From positions 21,550 through 85,549 of the IMG/VR virus record IMGVR_UViG_3300029288_000008: a stretch of 64,000 bases of DNA. One strand, written 5' to 3'. Below are positions 1 to 10,346 of this stretch, one piece after another; position 1 is the stretch's first letter, and each line of letters starts with the position of its first letter. Source of the stretch: a virus. Its lineage: Duplodnaviria; Caudoviricetes. The notes below the pieces were generated by a model. It saw nothing but the letters and a program-made list of their open reading frames with translations. It was not told where the DNA came from and ran no database searches. The position numbers were made by a program, and so were the translations under genes.

Positions 1-634
1 GTAGAGCTTTTTTGACTTCTACCGGTTTCATAGGCTTTGTATCTTGTAAGGTTATGCCAAGGCTTTCTTCAAGCATTCTTTTTCTAGCCTGGTCATCTTG
101 CCATTCTTTTTTGCGCCCAATCCAATAGATCATTCGCATATCAAATTGACCGATGGAACTTCCTAACTCAATTACTCCTGTATATACATCTGAAACAGCA
201 ACTAATACTAATGGCAATACTAGCCATTCTGCCAATACTTGTTGCCAACTGGTAAAGTTGTTAGGACGGGTAGAAGCTGCAATGAACATTGCCAGTGTAG
301 TTGATAGCCAACTTACAATTAACCCTGTCCAATCCCAACCGGTAACATTATCCCAATCTGCACGAAATCTTGTATTGTGTTTTATGTATCTACTGAAAAT
401 AAAAGTTGTATTACTAACACTGCCAACCTCGCCACCGAACGCCATAAAAATTGCACTGATAATACTAACCCATATTCTATAATTGTCAGGTAAACTTTCA
501 AACTGTGCAAATACCAATGCTTCAATACTCATTAGAAAAAGGCCAATCGCACTGGCAATTACTGGAATTAAAATTGCAACTGTTTGAAAGTCCCACAACT
601 TAGGCTTAGGTAGCCAGAATTCTTCTTTGTCCAT
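1..634 (-). CDS. Multi-pass membrane protein, runs off the left window edge (not in ORF track)
   Basis: Manual translation from ATG at 634 (MDKEEFWLPKPKLWDF...) is open to base 1, with several hydrophobic segments; RBS-like GGAG upstream. Confidence 0.75.
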   Translation of the reverse strand, partial: MDKEEFWLPKPKLWDFQTVAILIPVIASAIGLFLMSIEALVFAQFESLPDNYRIWVSIISAIFMAFGGEVGSVSNTTFIFSRYIKHNTRFRADWDNVTGWDWTGLIVSWLSTTLAMFIAASTRPNNFTSWQQVLAEWLVLPLVLVAVSDVYTGVIELGSSIGQFDMRMIYWIGRKKEWQDDQARKRMLEESLGITLQDTKPMKPVEVKKAL

Positions 635-782
635 AATCTCTCCGTTTTACAGGTATCAATATACCACCCACGTCTTTTCACGCCTAGACACCTTCTAAAA
701 TGACTGCGTAATACTCATTGTCATTTGTACCACGGTTTTGCAATATTTTTATACCATACTGGTAGTGTGTCTACCGCTGTAA

Positions 783-898
783 ACCACTATATATAGTGGT
801 ATTCAAGCTATATTGCGCTATCATCGGTTTATGAAATGTTGTGTGTGATACCACTAGATATAGTGTTGATACCGTCTATATACACTATATCTAGTGGT
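783..898. promoter_or_regulatory. Cluster of three palindromic operator-like sites, consensus (A/C)CACTA(T/G)AT(A/C)TAGTG
   Basis: 783-800 is the perfect palindrome ACCACTATATATAGTGGT; 850-866 and 882-898 are exact reverse complements of each other; related copies at 46505-46526 and 46990-47007. Confidence 0.6.
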
Positions 899-903
899 GT
901 TGA

Positions 904-1920
904 CTACTGACCTTGTGAGAAGCACTTTACCACTTCTGTTAGTGGCATCGAAAGGATACTTGCAATTTCTGTTAGCGATTTTCCTTCTGACTGCAATTCA
1001 ATCGCCTTTGCTTTATTCTCTTCTGCTAACAAAAACTGCTCTTCTGCTTCGGCTTGCTTTTGTTCTTTGAGCGCATATAACCACGCAAGTCTTTGATCTT
1101 GTGTCAAAGTTCCTTGCACAATAGACATTTCAAAATCGTCTGGAGTTTCATCTTTTGTTGGTTTGCGATTTCCAATAGGATTTGCAATGTATCTTTCAAT
1201 GCTATCCCACAGCGATCTTTCAAAGTTTTCTTGTGTGCTAATCGGAGTGATTTTTGTCGGTAAAAGTTGAATTGTACGCAACCCTCTATCGGTCATCATA
1301 TTCTTTTCGATGTTCTTTAGAACAAGCGCAATCGGAGTTGAACTTGCAGGATTGCGTCGTAACCACAAACGCAAATTGCACACACTATCTACCGCTTTGG
1401 ATACAGCAGGGATTTCTTTACCGGTAGCAGCATTGTTCAAATATTGATTTTTAAGGTGTGAAATCAAAATAACCAGAGGCACTTTAGTTTGCAGTCTGTG
1501 GATAAGTTCTGCCTCATAATTTCGTGCTTCCTTGTATTCTTCACCGGCTTTAATTTTTCCCATAGCGGCCCAACTGTCTCTAAAAAGGCTGTTGTGAGTT
1601 TGAACATAGTTTGCACAAGTCTCTGCAAAACCTGTCCACGTATCCCAAACCAAAACGTCATATTTATTTGCTTCAATACTGTCTATAATCTCAAGTCCTT
1701 TTTCGTGTCTTTCAATCGGCTTTAATCGTTTGTCACCGATAAAGTCAATGTACTTTCCAAATTCAATACCATCTTCAATAATTCTTTGAACGGTAGAGCG
1801 GCCCTTTTGATCATCGTCAATAAACAGTGTTCTTTCTGGATTGCCCGCTTCCAAAGCAAAGCGGGTTTTTCCGACACCATGCTCTCCCGTTATCAATACA
1901 ACACCTGTAAGTAAAGTCAT
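904..1920 (-). CDS. AAA/RecA-like P-loop ATPase (AAA_24/Sak4-like recombination protein) with C-terminal HTH-like tail
   Basis: Walker A GEHGVGKT, Walker B-like LVWDT, VILISHLK strand; phage recombination context. Confidence 0.75.
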   Translation of the reverse strand: MTLLTGVVLITGEHGVGKTRFALEAGNPERTLFIDDDQKGRSTVQRIIEDGIEFGKYIDFIGDKRLKPIERHEKGLEIIDSIEANKYDVLVWDTWTGFAETCANYVQTHNSLFRDSWAAMGKIKAGEEYKEARNYEAELIHRLQTKVPLVILISHLKNQYLNNAATGKEIPAVSKAVDSVCNLRLWLRRNPASSTPIALVLKNIEKNMMTDRGLRTIQLLPTKITPISTQENFERSLWDSIERYIANPIGNRKPTKDETPDDFEMSIVQGTLTQDQRLAWLYALKEQKQAEAEEQFLLAEENKAKAIELQSEGKSLTEIASILSMPLTEVVKCFSQGQ

Positions 1921-2126
1921 TCTGTTTTGTCTCCTTTATATCTACTTATAACTATATCTGGATTACAATTACAAAAACCTCCGGTGTATACATCACACCA
2001 ATCATCGTGAAAAATGTCATACATACTTAATCCAACATCGCATTTTATCTTACCAGTTTTTATCATATTTAACATCTTATTTTTGTAATTATGCTCAGTT
2101 GTTGAAGGATTTTTATAAGCAGTCAT
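1917..2126 (-). CDS. Hypothetical protein (HDDWC..C.C motif)
   Basis: ORF track; overlaps neighbours in an operon. Confidence 0.65.
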   Translation of the reverse strand: MTAYKNPSTTEHNYKNKMLNMIKTGKIKCDVGLSMYDIFHDDWCDVYTGGFCNCNPDIVISRYKGDKTE

Positions 2127-3082
2127 TATTCTTCATTCTCCTTTTGAACTGTAAAATTTCCATTACTAATAAAAATGTATTCACCATCGGCTAAACCGAC
2201 ATACTCTCTAGCGTTGCCAATTAAACCTTTACCGATTCCTTTACAGTGGTTAGCTGTTTCCAACGATGTCGCATAAACCAACAACTCTAATAACGTTGGG
2301 TGTCTGGGAACTCCTAAGCACTGTTTGGCATAATTATACAACGAATTCACTTTGCCGACTCCCCACCCTGGAATTGATACCATAGACAGACGTGCGTCTT
2401 GTACCGGTATCATAAGTTGTAACGGGTCATCTAATTCAGGTAAATCAGGGGGATAATAAACCGTGGGTACTATCCATTGAACGTTTTTCCGCTTGTATTT
2501 CAACAGTTGTGACTCTTGCAATTTTACCCATTCTAAAATATCGTTGTCAGTTGGTACGAATTCGACAAGAGCGCCCTTGTATTTGATTGCTGAGATTGCG
2601 CCCTGAAAACTACTCCAAGTCCATTCGGTTTTGTTGCCATTTAAGGTAAGCAAGTCGTTTCGTTTGTCGAAAATACCGGTTACTAGAATGATGCGCTGGT
2701 ATTGTTTTTGTGATACCTGTGTCATTCTGGCAATGGCTTCATTCAATCTACTACCCATAGAGGCCACAAAGTCAAGGCCAGACTTCCTTTGTACCAATAT
2801 CGCGCCTGCAAATAGCCACTTGTGAATAACCGATTCTTGATTATTCATAAGTTCAATAACGTCCGGTAACGGCAATTCCAGTTCCTTAGAAATGTCCATT
2901 AGATTCTTACCGGCTTCTTGAAGTGCAATCGCCTTTTCATAATTTCCCAATTCAGGGACAATCATAAAATCGGCACCGGTAATTTTCTCCAAGTTATTGA
3001 ACGGTTTCCCATAATCCACTACCGATTGTGGTAGATTTGACGTTTCCCTAGATTCTGAAATGTCGTAATAGATCATAATCAC
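2126..3082 (-). CDS. ERCC4/XPF-like nuclease with HhH motif
   Basis: LVQRKSGLDFVASMGSRLNEAIARM resembles the ERCC4 (E/Q)RK..D...S...RL motif; SIPGWGVGK is HhH-like. Confidence 0.6.
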   Translation of the reverse strand: MIMIYYDISESRETSNLPQSVVDYGKPFNNLEKITGADFMIVPELGNYEKAIALQEAGKNLMDISKELELPLPDVIELMNNQESVIHKWLFAGAILVQRKSGLDFVASMGSRLNEAIARMTQVSQKQYQRIILVTGIFDKRNDLLTLNGNKTEWTWSSFQGAISAIKYKGALVEFVPTDNDILEWVKLQESQLLKYKRKNVQWIVPTVYYPPDLPELDDPLQLMIPVQDARLSMVSIPGWGVGKVNSLYNYAKQCLGVPRHPTLLELLVYATSLETANHCKGIGKGLIGNAREYVGLADGEYIFISNGNFTVQKENEE

Positions 3083-3423
3083 TCCAATAATTCTGGATTC
3101 TCATAGATGTTGCCAACAACAATAGAAAATTCGTTATAATAATGTAATTCACATTTATGGACGTTTAACCAAAAACAACCGTTTCTAAATTCAACAAACG
3201 ATGTCAACTCAAATCCATAGTCGTAAATATCATTATGGTAATTTGAAGTTATAATGTCGCCCTCGTATATTTCTTTCCCCGTTGAATCTTTCAAGCCGGT
3301 GTATTGCATAGGAATAATATCTGAACTGATAAACAGGCCATAGACGGTATATAAATTACAAATACTTTCAAAGTCTACCATTCTCTTGTTGTCTACCCAC
3401 GCTCTAAACTTAATTTCACGCAT
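3079..3423 (-). CDS. YopX family protein
   Basis: MREIKFRAW...MQYTGLKDSTGKEIYEGDI...VVGNIYENPELLE is the typical YopX signature. Confidence 0.9.
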   Translation of the reverse strand: MREIKFRAWVDNKRMVDFESICNLYTVYGLFISSDIIPMQYTGLKDSTGKEIYEGDIITSNYHNDIYDYGFELTSFVEFRNGCFWLNVHKCELHYYNEFSIVVGNIYENPELLE

Positions 3424-3704
3424 CGTTTTTATCTCCTTTGCTAGTGAATAACACGTATTATACCACTATGTCTAAATAATGCAAAAAACCTTCAGCGTAT
3501 GGAAGGTTTTTGTTTTTATGTGCTATATTTAATTTCTAAAGTTCTTCAAACGTAGGAACGTTTTCTAAATCTGCAATGAGCAGTTCCAGTACTGCATTGT
3601 ATTCAAGTTCGGTCAATTCGCTGTTTACAAATGCTTCAAAGATGTATTCTCTGATATTGTCCTGCAAGTCTAATACTTTTTCACTTACGCCATTAACCAT
3701 AGTA

Positions 3705-4415
3705 CTATGCTCCTAAAATTGTCTTAACATCGGCTTCGGTAAGGTTTCCAATTGACTTGGCAATAGTCGCAGCATCTTGTTTCAACCCGGCCAGCATCTT
3801 AACGGCGCTTACAACATCCTCAGAGAATGACGCTGCTGGTACAACCGGTGTAGATTCACCCTTACCAGACTTCGTTGCAAGATAATCAGCATATGCCTCT
3901 TCACGGCTGTTGTAAACGGCAACAACCTTTGCAGTATTATACTGCGGTTCAGGTTGTTTCTTTGTCGGCTGTTGTTTCACGTCCAAAACCTTAACGTACT
4001 TGCCCTGAAGCGCTTTCAAAGCTGCCGTCGCATCTGTCAACCCCGTAACACTTAAAACAGACGGTTCAAAAATCGCTTCCCAATCCGAAAGAATTCTAGT
4101 ATACTTACCGTCATCGCCTTTCTTATTCCAGGGAGCGGCTTTAACCTGAATCCGGCGCGAATACGGCTTTTGCAGTTCTGGATTGAATTCTTGCGTATCT
4201 ACCATCGCTGTCAACTCCAACATCTTAAACCCAGAGAATGCTTTCCACTCTTTCGGAGAAACTTCTCTAAAGCTACCGTTGTCGTAAACCTTAGCGACAG
4301 TCTTAGAGCTGAATCGGCCAATCTGGGAAAAAGAAGTAGCTTGCTCCAAAAGTTCTTCAGCATCTTCATACAACTCTGCAAAATCTTCAAAACCAAGTTC
4401 AAAATTATCAGTCAT
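3705..4415 (-). CDS. Hypothetical protein, possible ssDNA-binding/annealing partner of the AAA ATPase
   Basis: Beta-rich core, position at the head of the recombination module, own promoter near 4460. Confidence 0.5.
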   Translation of the reverse strand: MTDNFELGFEDFAELYEDAEELLEQATSFSQIGRFSSKTVAKVYDNGSFREVSPKEWKAFSGFKMLELTAMVDTQEFNPELQKPYSRRIQVKAAPWNKKGDDGKYTRILSDWEAIFEPSVLSVTGLTDATAALKALQGKYVKVLDVKQQPTKKQPEPQYNTAKVVAVYNSREEAYADYLATKSGKGESTPVVPAASFSEDVVSAVKMLAGLKQDAATIAKSIGNLTEADVKTILGA

Positions 4416-4605
4416 ACTTTATTTATCTCCTTTAGATTTGTTTTTACTGACAAAACATATTTTACCACACTACCTGTTTTTTGTCAACCGGCAACAAAAA
4501 GCGCCATACGTTATATACAACATTGCTAAATTGCCAAATTTGACAAACTTTATTGAATATGGTATAATATCTAAGTTTGTTATCTTTTATATAGGAGTTA
4601 TTAGA

Positions 4606-4878
4606 ATGGAGTCGCTAGTTGGATTAAAGGCCATAGATATTGTACAAAAGTTGGGGGAAAGTGGAAGTTTTCAAATCGGTAGTTACGGAAGACCGATCTG
4701 TACAGTTGTACCAGTTGTCACCGATTGTTACCAGTTGGTAAAACTGTTTTACAGTATAGGAAGTGGATTAGATTGTAATGATTATACAGTGGTCAGAAAA
4801 CCGCATAATCAAAGCGATCTGGCAAAGATTTATAGAGAGTTGGAAAAGGAGTTACAGAATGAGGGAGAAGCTGTTTAG
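4606..4878 (+). CDS. Hypothetical protein, weak Phd/YefM-like N-terminus (start re-called at 4606)
   Basis: Promoter TTGACA-17-TATAAT at 4541-4568, GGAG RBS; GRPICTVVPV resembles Phd GRPVA.LVP. Confidence 0.45.
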   Translation: MESLVGLKAIDIVQKLGESGSFQIGSYGRPICTVVPVVTDCYQLVKLFYSIGSGLDCNDYTVVRKPHNQSDLAKIYRELEKELQNEGEAV

Positions 4879-5200
4879 ATTTTTGGCATTTGTCTTTGTC
4901 CCTGTTGTAATTTGCTTGGGTGTTGTAATCTGGTACAAAGTAGCAGAGTTCAATAGCAATGTGTGGCAATCAAAAGCGATTATAGCGCAGATACAACCGG
5001 CGATCATTGAAGCAGAATCGCAAGCAGATATAAATAGAGCGGTTGCTTTCAGTGTCTATACCAATAGCGCTATAACTGCTTTTTCAGTTGGAATACCATA
5101 CTTAGTAATCCTATTATTTGCTTTATACAAACTGATTGAATTTGGAGCAAAGAACTATGAGAAATTACGGATTAGAAGTAGCAATCCCGCAAGCGGTTAA
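4859..5200 (+). CDS. Membrane protein with two TM segments
   Basis: ORF track, start re-called at MREKLF; hydrophobic stretches. Confidence 0.65.
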   Translation: MREKLFRFLAFVFVPVVICLGVVIWYKVAEFNSNVWQSKAIIAQIQPAIIEAESQADINRAVAFSVYTNSAITAFSVGIPYLVILLFALYKLIEFGAKNYEKLRIRSSNPASG

Positions 5201-5762
5201 AGATGAGTTTGTATACCGCAGTCGGCAACAAGCATTTAATCATTTGCTTGGATGGGGTATTGGATTGCTTTCTATTGCAATTACAGTTGATATAGCCATC
5301 TATTTGATAATGGATATGATTGCTTTTCCATTGCTTGAAATTCCTGCAATCGTTTTTGCACTCTATAAATTCTCAAAAGCATTGGTACAGTATACTAATG
5401 AAGATAGAGACATTCTAAACGGTCGCTACTTCTCTTATGATAGCATTATAGAAGAAGTGGATAGCAAAGAACCGGAAACAACGGATGAGATAACTACGAT
5501 CATTCCACAAGCAAATGGGAAAGCGCATTTCAATTTGCATATAGGTATGACTGCTACGCAATTGAAAAGCATTGCTAACACAATGCTAAGCACTGGCACA
5601 TTAACTGTAAACTACATCGAAAGTCTAGGAATATCCCGACAGAATGCAGAGAAGTTAAGAAGCGAACTGGCAACATACCGGTTATTATCCTTTGATGATA
5701 AAGGCCGCGTCAAGCTCACTCAAGACGGTATAAAAGTTTGTAAACAGATTATAAAAGGCTAG
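5157..5762 (+). CDS. Membrane-anchored protein with C-terminal winged-helix-like domain
   Basis: Two TM segments, then LGISRQNAEKLRSEL...LL...GRVKLT. Confidence 0.55.
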   Translation: MRNYGLEVAIPQAVKDEFVYRSRQQAFNHLLGWGIGLLSIAITVDIAIYLIMDMIAFPLLEIPAIVFALYKFSKALVQYTNEDRDILNGRYFSYDSIIEEVDSKEPETTDEITTIIPQANGKAHFNLHIGMTATQLKSIANTMLSTGTLTVNYIESLGISRQNAEKLRSELATYRLLSFDDKGRVKLTQDGIKVCKQIIKG

Positions 5763-5950
5763 ATTAGATTCTAGCCTTTTAATTTGTAACGATTACAAAC
5801 TAGAAAAAGCATTGACAAGAAGCGGTTTTTGTAGTAGAATACTAACATCTGAGGTTTACCGAATTAGCCAGTATTGCTTAACTTGTTCCGCATAAAAACA
5901 GACGGCAAATCTGGCAAGATCAAACTAAAATTAGATAAGGAGACGTTAAT

Positions 5951-6151
5951 ATGAATACAGATTTCAAAAATGACAATGGTTGCAAGCATCAAATATTTAG
6001 TAAAGGTAATAAGTTTGTTAAAGATGGTAGGCTTCTTCAGATTTATGAGGTTTACCACGATGGTAAAAATTATCTTTATGATATTGATGGAAAGCTTATG
6101 ACTGCAAGCCAGATTCTTGGAGAATACACACTACTCATTAAAATCGAATAA
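5951..6151 (+). CDS. Hypothetical protein
   Basis: ORF with GGGAG RBS and upstream promoter at about 5812-5840. Confidence 0.6.
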   Translation: MNTDFKNDNGCKHQIFSKGNKFVKDGRLLQIYEVYHDGKNYLYDIDGKLMTASQILGEYTLLIKIE

Positions 6152-6227
6152 AACCACTCCCCCGCTCTCAGAACTGTCTAAAAAACAGCACATACACACA
6201 AAACACAACACTAAAATTATAGAAATT

Positions 6228-6262
6228 AGCCAACTTCGTAAAGTTTGAAGTTGGCTTTTTTC
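6228..6262 (+). terminator. Intrinsic terminator
   Basis: AGCCAACTTC/GAAGTTGGCT stem followed by a T tract. Confidence 0.8.
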
Positions 6263-6331
6263 TTTGTTTGACTTTGCAATATTTTATGATATAATGAAGA
6301 TAATAATAGTGTAAAATGCGCGAGGTGAATT

Positions 6332-6622
6332 ATGGATTTTAACATTGGGCCTATCGGTGTAGCAGCTTTAACGATGGCAATTACTCAGGGCGTTAAAGAG
6401 ATTTTTGGAATTGACGGTAAAAAGAATCAACTGGTTGCCGTTATCGTTGGGATTGTTTTAACATCGCTGTCTTATGGTATCTCTAATCAGTTGATACCGG
6501 CGGTAGCAGTTCCATATATTGAATGGGCAGTGGTAGCGCTCGGAGGCGGATTATCTGCTATCGGTTTATTCGGACTGTTTACCAAAGAAACAGTAAAAGC
6601 ACTTAAAAAACTTAGCGAATAA
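6332..6622 (+). CDS. Holin-like protein (3 TM)
   Basis: Small, three hydrophobic helices, basic C-terminus; own promoter. Confidence 0.6.
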   Translation: MDFNIGPIGVAALTMAITQGVKEIFGIDGKKNQLVAVIVGIVLTSLSYGISNQLIPAVAVPYIEWAVVALGGGLSAIGLFGLFTKETVKALKKLSE

Positions 6623-7056
6623 TGGACTTTGAAAATATAGCCACCACCGTTAGTTTGATTATCAGCGCTTTATTAGGCGGTGGCGGCATCGTTGCTCTGA
6701 TTAGATCGGCGAGTATTGTACGCAATAATAATAAACGCACCGACATTAAGGCACTTGAAAGCGCTCTTAAAACGATTCAAGACCGGTATCAGGAGCTTGT
6801 AAGTGACAATAACACCAATTTTAAGCAAACTCAAGACCGCTTGAAGTTTCTTGAAATAGAGTATGTGAAGCAGTCGCAACAAAACAATGAAAGTCTAAAA
6901 AGAATTGCAGAGTTAGAAATAGATTTGAAGAAAGCTAACGATAAAATTTCAGTGTTAGAATTAGAATTAAACAAGAAAAATCTTGACATAATGAAATTAG
7001 AGCAAGAGAACATTGAATTGAGAAAACAAAATAACCGAATTGGGCTTATGGCATAA
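6622..7056 (+). CDS. N-terminal TM plus long coiled-coil protein (lysis-module associated)
   Basis: IISALLGGGGIVALI TM followed by heptad-rich sequence; coupled to the holin-like gene. Confidence 0.6.
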   Translation: MDFENIATTVSLIISALLGGGGIVALIRSASIVRNNNKRTDIKALESALKTIQDRYQELVSDNNTNFKQTQDRLKFLEIEYVKQSQQNNESLKRIAELEIDLKKANDKISVLELELNKKNLDIMKLEQENIELRKQNNRIGLMA

Positions 7057-7328
7057 TGATAAAAAAGATAATCGTTTTTGTGGTCAGCATATTTTCGTTT
7101 ATATGGATACATCGGTTTTTTAGATTTTTGGATAAGTACCCGGTTGGATGGAGTACCATTACATCACATACAGTTGGGATACTGCTATCGTTTCCATTTT
7201 TTGTTGCCTACATTTTGATCGGCGAAAAGCCTGAAAATGCTTATGCATTGACATTTTTAGGAGCAGGTGCGGGAACTTCTTTCGGATGGATGTTAGAAGA
7301 TGCTACGGGCGATTCTACTAGGATATAA
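7056..7328 (+). CDS. Small membrane protein
   Basis: ORF track; hydrophobic. Confidence 0.55.
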   Translation: MIKKIIVFVVSIFSFIWIHRFFRFLDKYPVGWSTITSHTVGILLSFPFFVAYILIGEKPENAYALTFLGAGAGTSFGWMLEDATGDSTRI

Positions 7329-7462
7329 TGGCGTGGTTATTCGGCTTGACGGTTCAAAAAGTGAAGAGTTACAGATAGTCATTCAAGACGACTTAACGGC
7401 GCTATCGTCATTCAGGGCAACGGTACAATTACACGAAGTTTTAGACTAAAGGAGAAAATACA

Positions 7463-7669
7463 ATGGAGCTAACACAAGAAACAAAAATTGCAATTATCAA
7501 AGCAAAAATCGAATCATACTCACAGCAGTTATACAGTCTTCAACTAGATTACAAAGTTGCTAAATATCTTGAAAATTCCAATCAAGAAAAACAGATTGAA
7601 GAATCAGTAAAGAAAGTATTAAAGGCTATTGATCTTCTGAAAGAAGAAATAGATGCAATCTCAGAATAA
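7463..7669 (+). CDS. Hypothetical coiled-coil protein
   Basis: AAGGAG RBS; ORF track. Confidence 0.7.
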   Translation: MELTQETKIAIIKAKIESYSQQLYSLQLDYKVAKYLENSNQEKQIEESVKKVLKAIDLLKEEIDAISE

Positions 7670-8080
7670 TGCAGACAAAGTTGAATCGGGTAAGAAGTGC
7701 CTAACCTGTCAATACTTCAACCTGAACTATTGCGAGTTATGTAATCACCTTACAGAACAAAACGAGAAGTGCTTTCTGTATATGCCGGAATTCGATTACA
7801 ATAAAAAAGAACTAGACAACTGTGTCTAGTTCTTTTTTATGCCTTATGGATGCCGCTTTACTTTAGAGATACTTCATAATCTATAAAATCTATTTGGTGT
7901 AATCACTTCTTAGATTAGTAAGATTATGGGTGCTGCTATTTCTAGGGATGCTTCATAAGGTTTCTTGTTTCTCTTAACTGTTTATAGTATATACCAGAAC
8001 TTATTTATTGTCAATAGATTTTAGTACAAATTTTGAAAAATATAAAAACTGTAACTCTATGTTCTATTTTGTTCTATAAC

Positions 8081-8180
8081 TTGACAAACAAAAATGATGT
8101 GGTACAATGACCACATCATAATTGTTGTAAACAGAATAATGCGTCTAATCCAGCAAGGATTGTGCATTATTTTTGTTTTA
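8081..8180 (+). ncRNA. Promoter + short RNA hairpin unit (family member A)
   Basis: TTGACA-16-TACAAT, then about 65 nt ending in AATAATGC/GCATTATT stem and T tract; no downstream + gene. Confidence 0.5.
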
Positions 8181-8309
8181 GCTTTCTGAATTCGTAGTAT
8201 TTGATAGCAGTTGTAATAGTCAAGTCAACAGCGATAGAGACAAATAATGCCCATATAGGAATTCCAAGTTGATTAGGCCACATACCGTATACCAGTAAAC
8301 AAAATACTG

Positions 8310-8543
8310 TTAGCATTCGTCTTTGTCCTCTCCCAATACCTCTTGAAGATGCCAGTACAAAACCAACATTTCAGTTTTGTCTAGTTCGATCTCATTGTAA
8401 CCAACGTCGTCAATACCGTCTTCTGTGTTCTCTTGAGTAATCAGTAACCATACACCGTCTTCTTTCTCTTTGGTTTCAAAGATGGTGTCCCAGGTTATAC
8501 CATCTTCATAACTGTGTGAACTGTCTTTTCTAATCGTTTCCAT
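8310..8543 (-). CDS. Hypothetical acidic protein
   Basis: ORF track, operon-coupled. Confidence 0.65.
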   Translation of the reverse strand: METIRKDSSHSYEDGITWDTIFETKEKEDGVWLLITQENTEDGIDDVGYNEIELDKTEMLVLYWHLQEVLGEDKDEC

Positions 8544-8842
8544 TATTGTGGACGCCTTCTCAAAGTGTCTTTCCAGTATTCAATATAACCATAGTTATGA
8601 TCGAATTGATAATCACCAAAGTCTACTACCCACTGATAATCTTCAACAAATGGTTCTTGCTCATAAAAATGCCCATGGCCGTTTTTATCAATTGCCCAAT
8701 AGTTTGCCCATTCTGGCGCATCGTTCCAATTCGGCTGTAATCCGGTTTCGGTTTCTTTCAATTCACATACAACGTTATTGACTACCGATACTCCAAACAA
8801 CTCCTTAAATTCTTCTGTCGTAAGTTCAAACGTAACCTTCAT
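8543..8842 (-). CDS. Hypothetical phage protein (W.DAPEWA.YWAID..G motif)
   Basis: ORF track; motif recurrent in phage small proteins. Confidence 0.7.
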   Translation of the reverse strand: MKVTFELTTEEFKELFGVSVVNNVVCELKETETGLQPNWNDAPEWANYWAIDKNGHGHFYEQEPFVEDYQWVVDFGDYQFDHNYGYIEYWKDTLRRRPQ

Positions 8843-8848
8843 TTTTTT

Positions 8849-9037
8849 CTATTCTCCTTTTAATACTTCCCCTAAGAACTGATAAAGCGCAATGGCTTCT
8901 TCTTGAGTAAAAGCGATTATAGATTCTTGTTCACCTTCCTCTTTTTGATACATACCAAGAGGGACTTCTATACCATCGTTATAATATACTTTAGTGTAGC
9001 TTTTGAACTTTTCATCATACATCTCTAGCTTTTCCAT
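8849..9037 (-). CDS. Hypothetical protein
   Basis: AAGGAG RBS; ORF track. Confidence 0.65.
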   Translation of the reverse strand: MEKLEMYDEKFKSYTKVYYNDGIEVPLGMYQKEEGEQESIIAFTQEEAIALYQFLGEVLKGE

Positions 9038-9049
9038 AACGTCTCCTTT

Positions 9050-9151
9050 ACTGATAACAAAATACCACCATTAGCGATTGCTTGAATGTTGGCTTTTGTT
9101 TGTGAATAATAGGTATACCAGATATTATACCACGTTCTAAAACCGTGTCAA
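9050..9151 (-). promoter_or_regulatory. Promoter + leader hairpin unit (family member B)
   Basis: TTGACA-16-TATAAT, then a hairpin containing CAAGCAATC..GCTAATGG and a T tract upstream of the 9037 RBS. Confidence 0.5.
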
Positions 9152-9450
9152 GGTTCAGGTTCAATGTTTATCGGTTGATAATACCACCCGTTCGATTCTG
9201 TAATGCTCCAAACGTTGTTGGGACATTCGACAATCGTATGGTATTTGTACCCCGTCATAACAAGAGCATCATAAACCGATCTAAGTTTATATTCACTATC
9301 GGCAACGATGGTATAGATACCGTTGATACGACTGATTGAAAAACCGTAATCAACTTTAAGTTGCCTACTTAACAAACCGCCGTATTGTTCTTCTCTGAAC
9401 TTTCCTATAAGCGTTAATGGTTTCATATCGGCATTGTACCAGTATTGCAA
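9148..9450 (-). CDS. Hypothetical protein
   Basis: ORF track. Confidence 0.55.
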   Translation of the reverse strand: MQYWYNADMKPLTLIGKFREEQYGGLLSRQLKVDYGFSISRINGIYTIVADSEYKLRSVYDALVMTGYKYHTIVECPNNVWSITESNGWYYQPINIEPEP

Positions 9451-9499
9451 AATATGTCAAGTGTGGTACAATTAAGTTTATACTAAAAGGAGTATGTAA

Positions 9500-10309
9500 A
9501 TGAAGACTATTACACATAAGATTGAAGTTAAAGACTGCGCTAAGTTTTTGATGATGGGGGATGTGCATATCGGCTCGCCGGGTTGTGACGAAAGTTTGTT
9601 GCAAAGTGTTGTAAAACGATTACAGGAAAAAGACACATACTATTTCGATTTGGGGGATAGGTGCGAATTTATCAATACTCATGACCCTCGGTTTGATCTT
9701 TCTTCGTTACCAAAGTGGCTTGAAATTGCCGATCTTGCAGATATTCCTATGGCTCAAATGAAGCGGTTTGTAGGGTTTGTTAAACCGTCTGCCTCAAAGT
9801 GTTTGGGAGCGGTTGAAGGAAACCACGAAACGGCAATTAAGAAGCATACCGATAGGGATGTATACAGTACAATCAATTCTATGCTTGGGCTTGATTCTAA
9901 GGTTTGTTTAGGAACATCGGCTATCGTTAAATTACAGTTTGTAATGTATGGAAAAGTAGAATGGGCGTTAGATGTGTTTATACATCACGGTTCAGGCGGC
10001 GGCGGTAGAAAGTCAGGGGGAGCATTAAACCGACTTGAAGAACTTCCAATGGCGATTCAAGCCGATGTTTATGCAATCGGACACACTCATAAGAAGATGG
10101 GAAAGCAACAAGAAAGACTTTACCTAAACAACAAAAACAAACTGACCCATAAACCGATTGTGCTTATCAATACTGGCGCATTCTCTAGGGGGTTTACTGA
10201 TACTGATTTTGGTGGTTATGCGGAGCAATCGCTTCTTTATCCGCAAGGTGTTGGCCCTGTCGAAGTGTGGGTGTATCCGTTACAGAAAGAAATTAAAGTT
10301 GTGATGTAA
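9500..10309 (+). CDS. Calcineurin-like metallophosphoesterase
   Basis: GDVHIG, DLGD, GNHE, HHG and GHTH motifs. Confidence 0.9.
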   Translation: MKTITHKIEVKDCAKFLMMGDVHIGSPGCDESLLQSVVKRLQEKDTYYFDLGDRCEFINTHDPRFDLSSLPKWLEIADLADIPMAQMKRFVGFVKPSASKCLGAVEGNHETAIKKHTDRDVYSTINSMLGLDSKVCLGTSAIVKLQFVMYGKVEWALDVFIHHGSGGGGRKSGGALNRLEELPMAIQADVYAIGHTHKKMGKQQERLYLNNKNKLTHKPIVLINTGAFSRGFTDTDFGGYAEQSLLYPQGVGPVEVWVYPLQKEIKVVM

Positions 10310-10346
10310 GTACAATAAAAGAGAGGGTAAATTTACCCTCTCTTTT

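Noticed and set aside
153-482. 109-aa + strand ORF and the many other short antisense ORFs in the track (e.g. 18284-18697, 22919-23419, 27471-27974, 43047-43391)
   Set aside because: They overlap well-supported opposite-strand genes and lack RBS or motifs.
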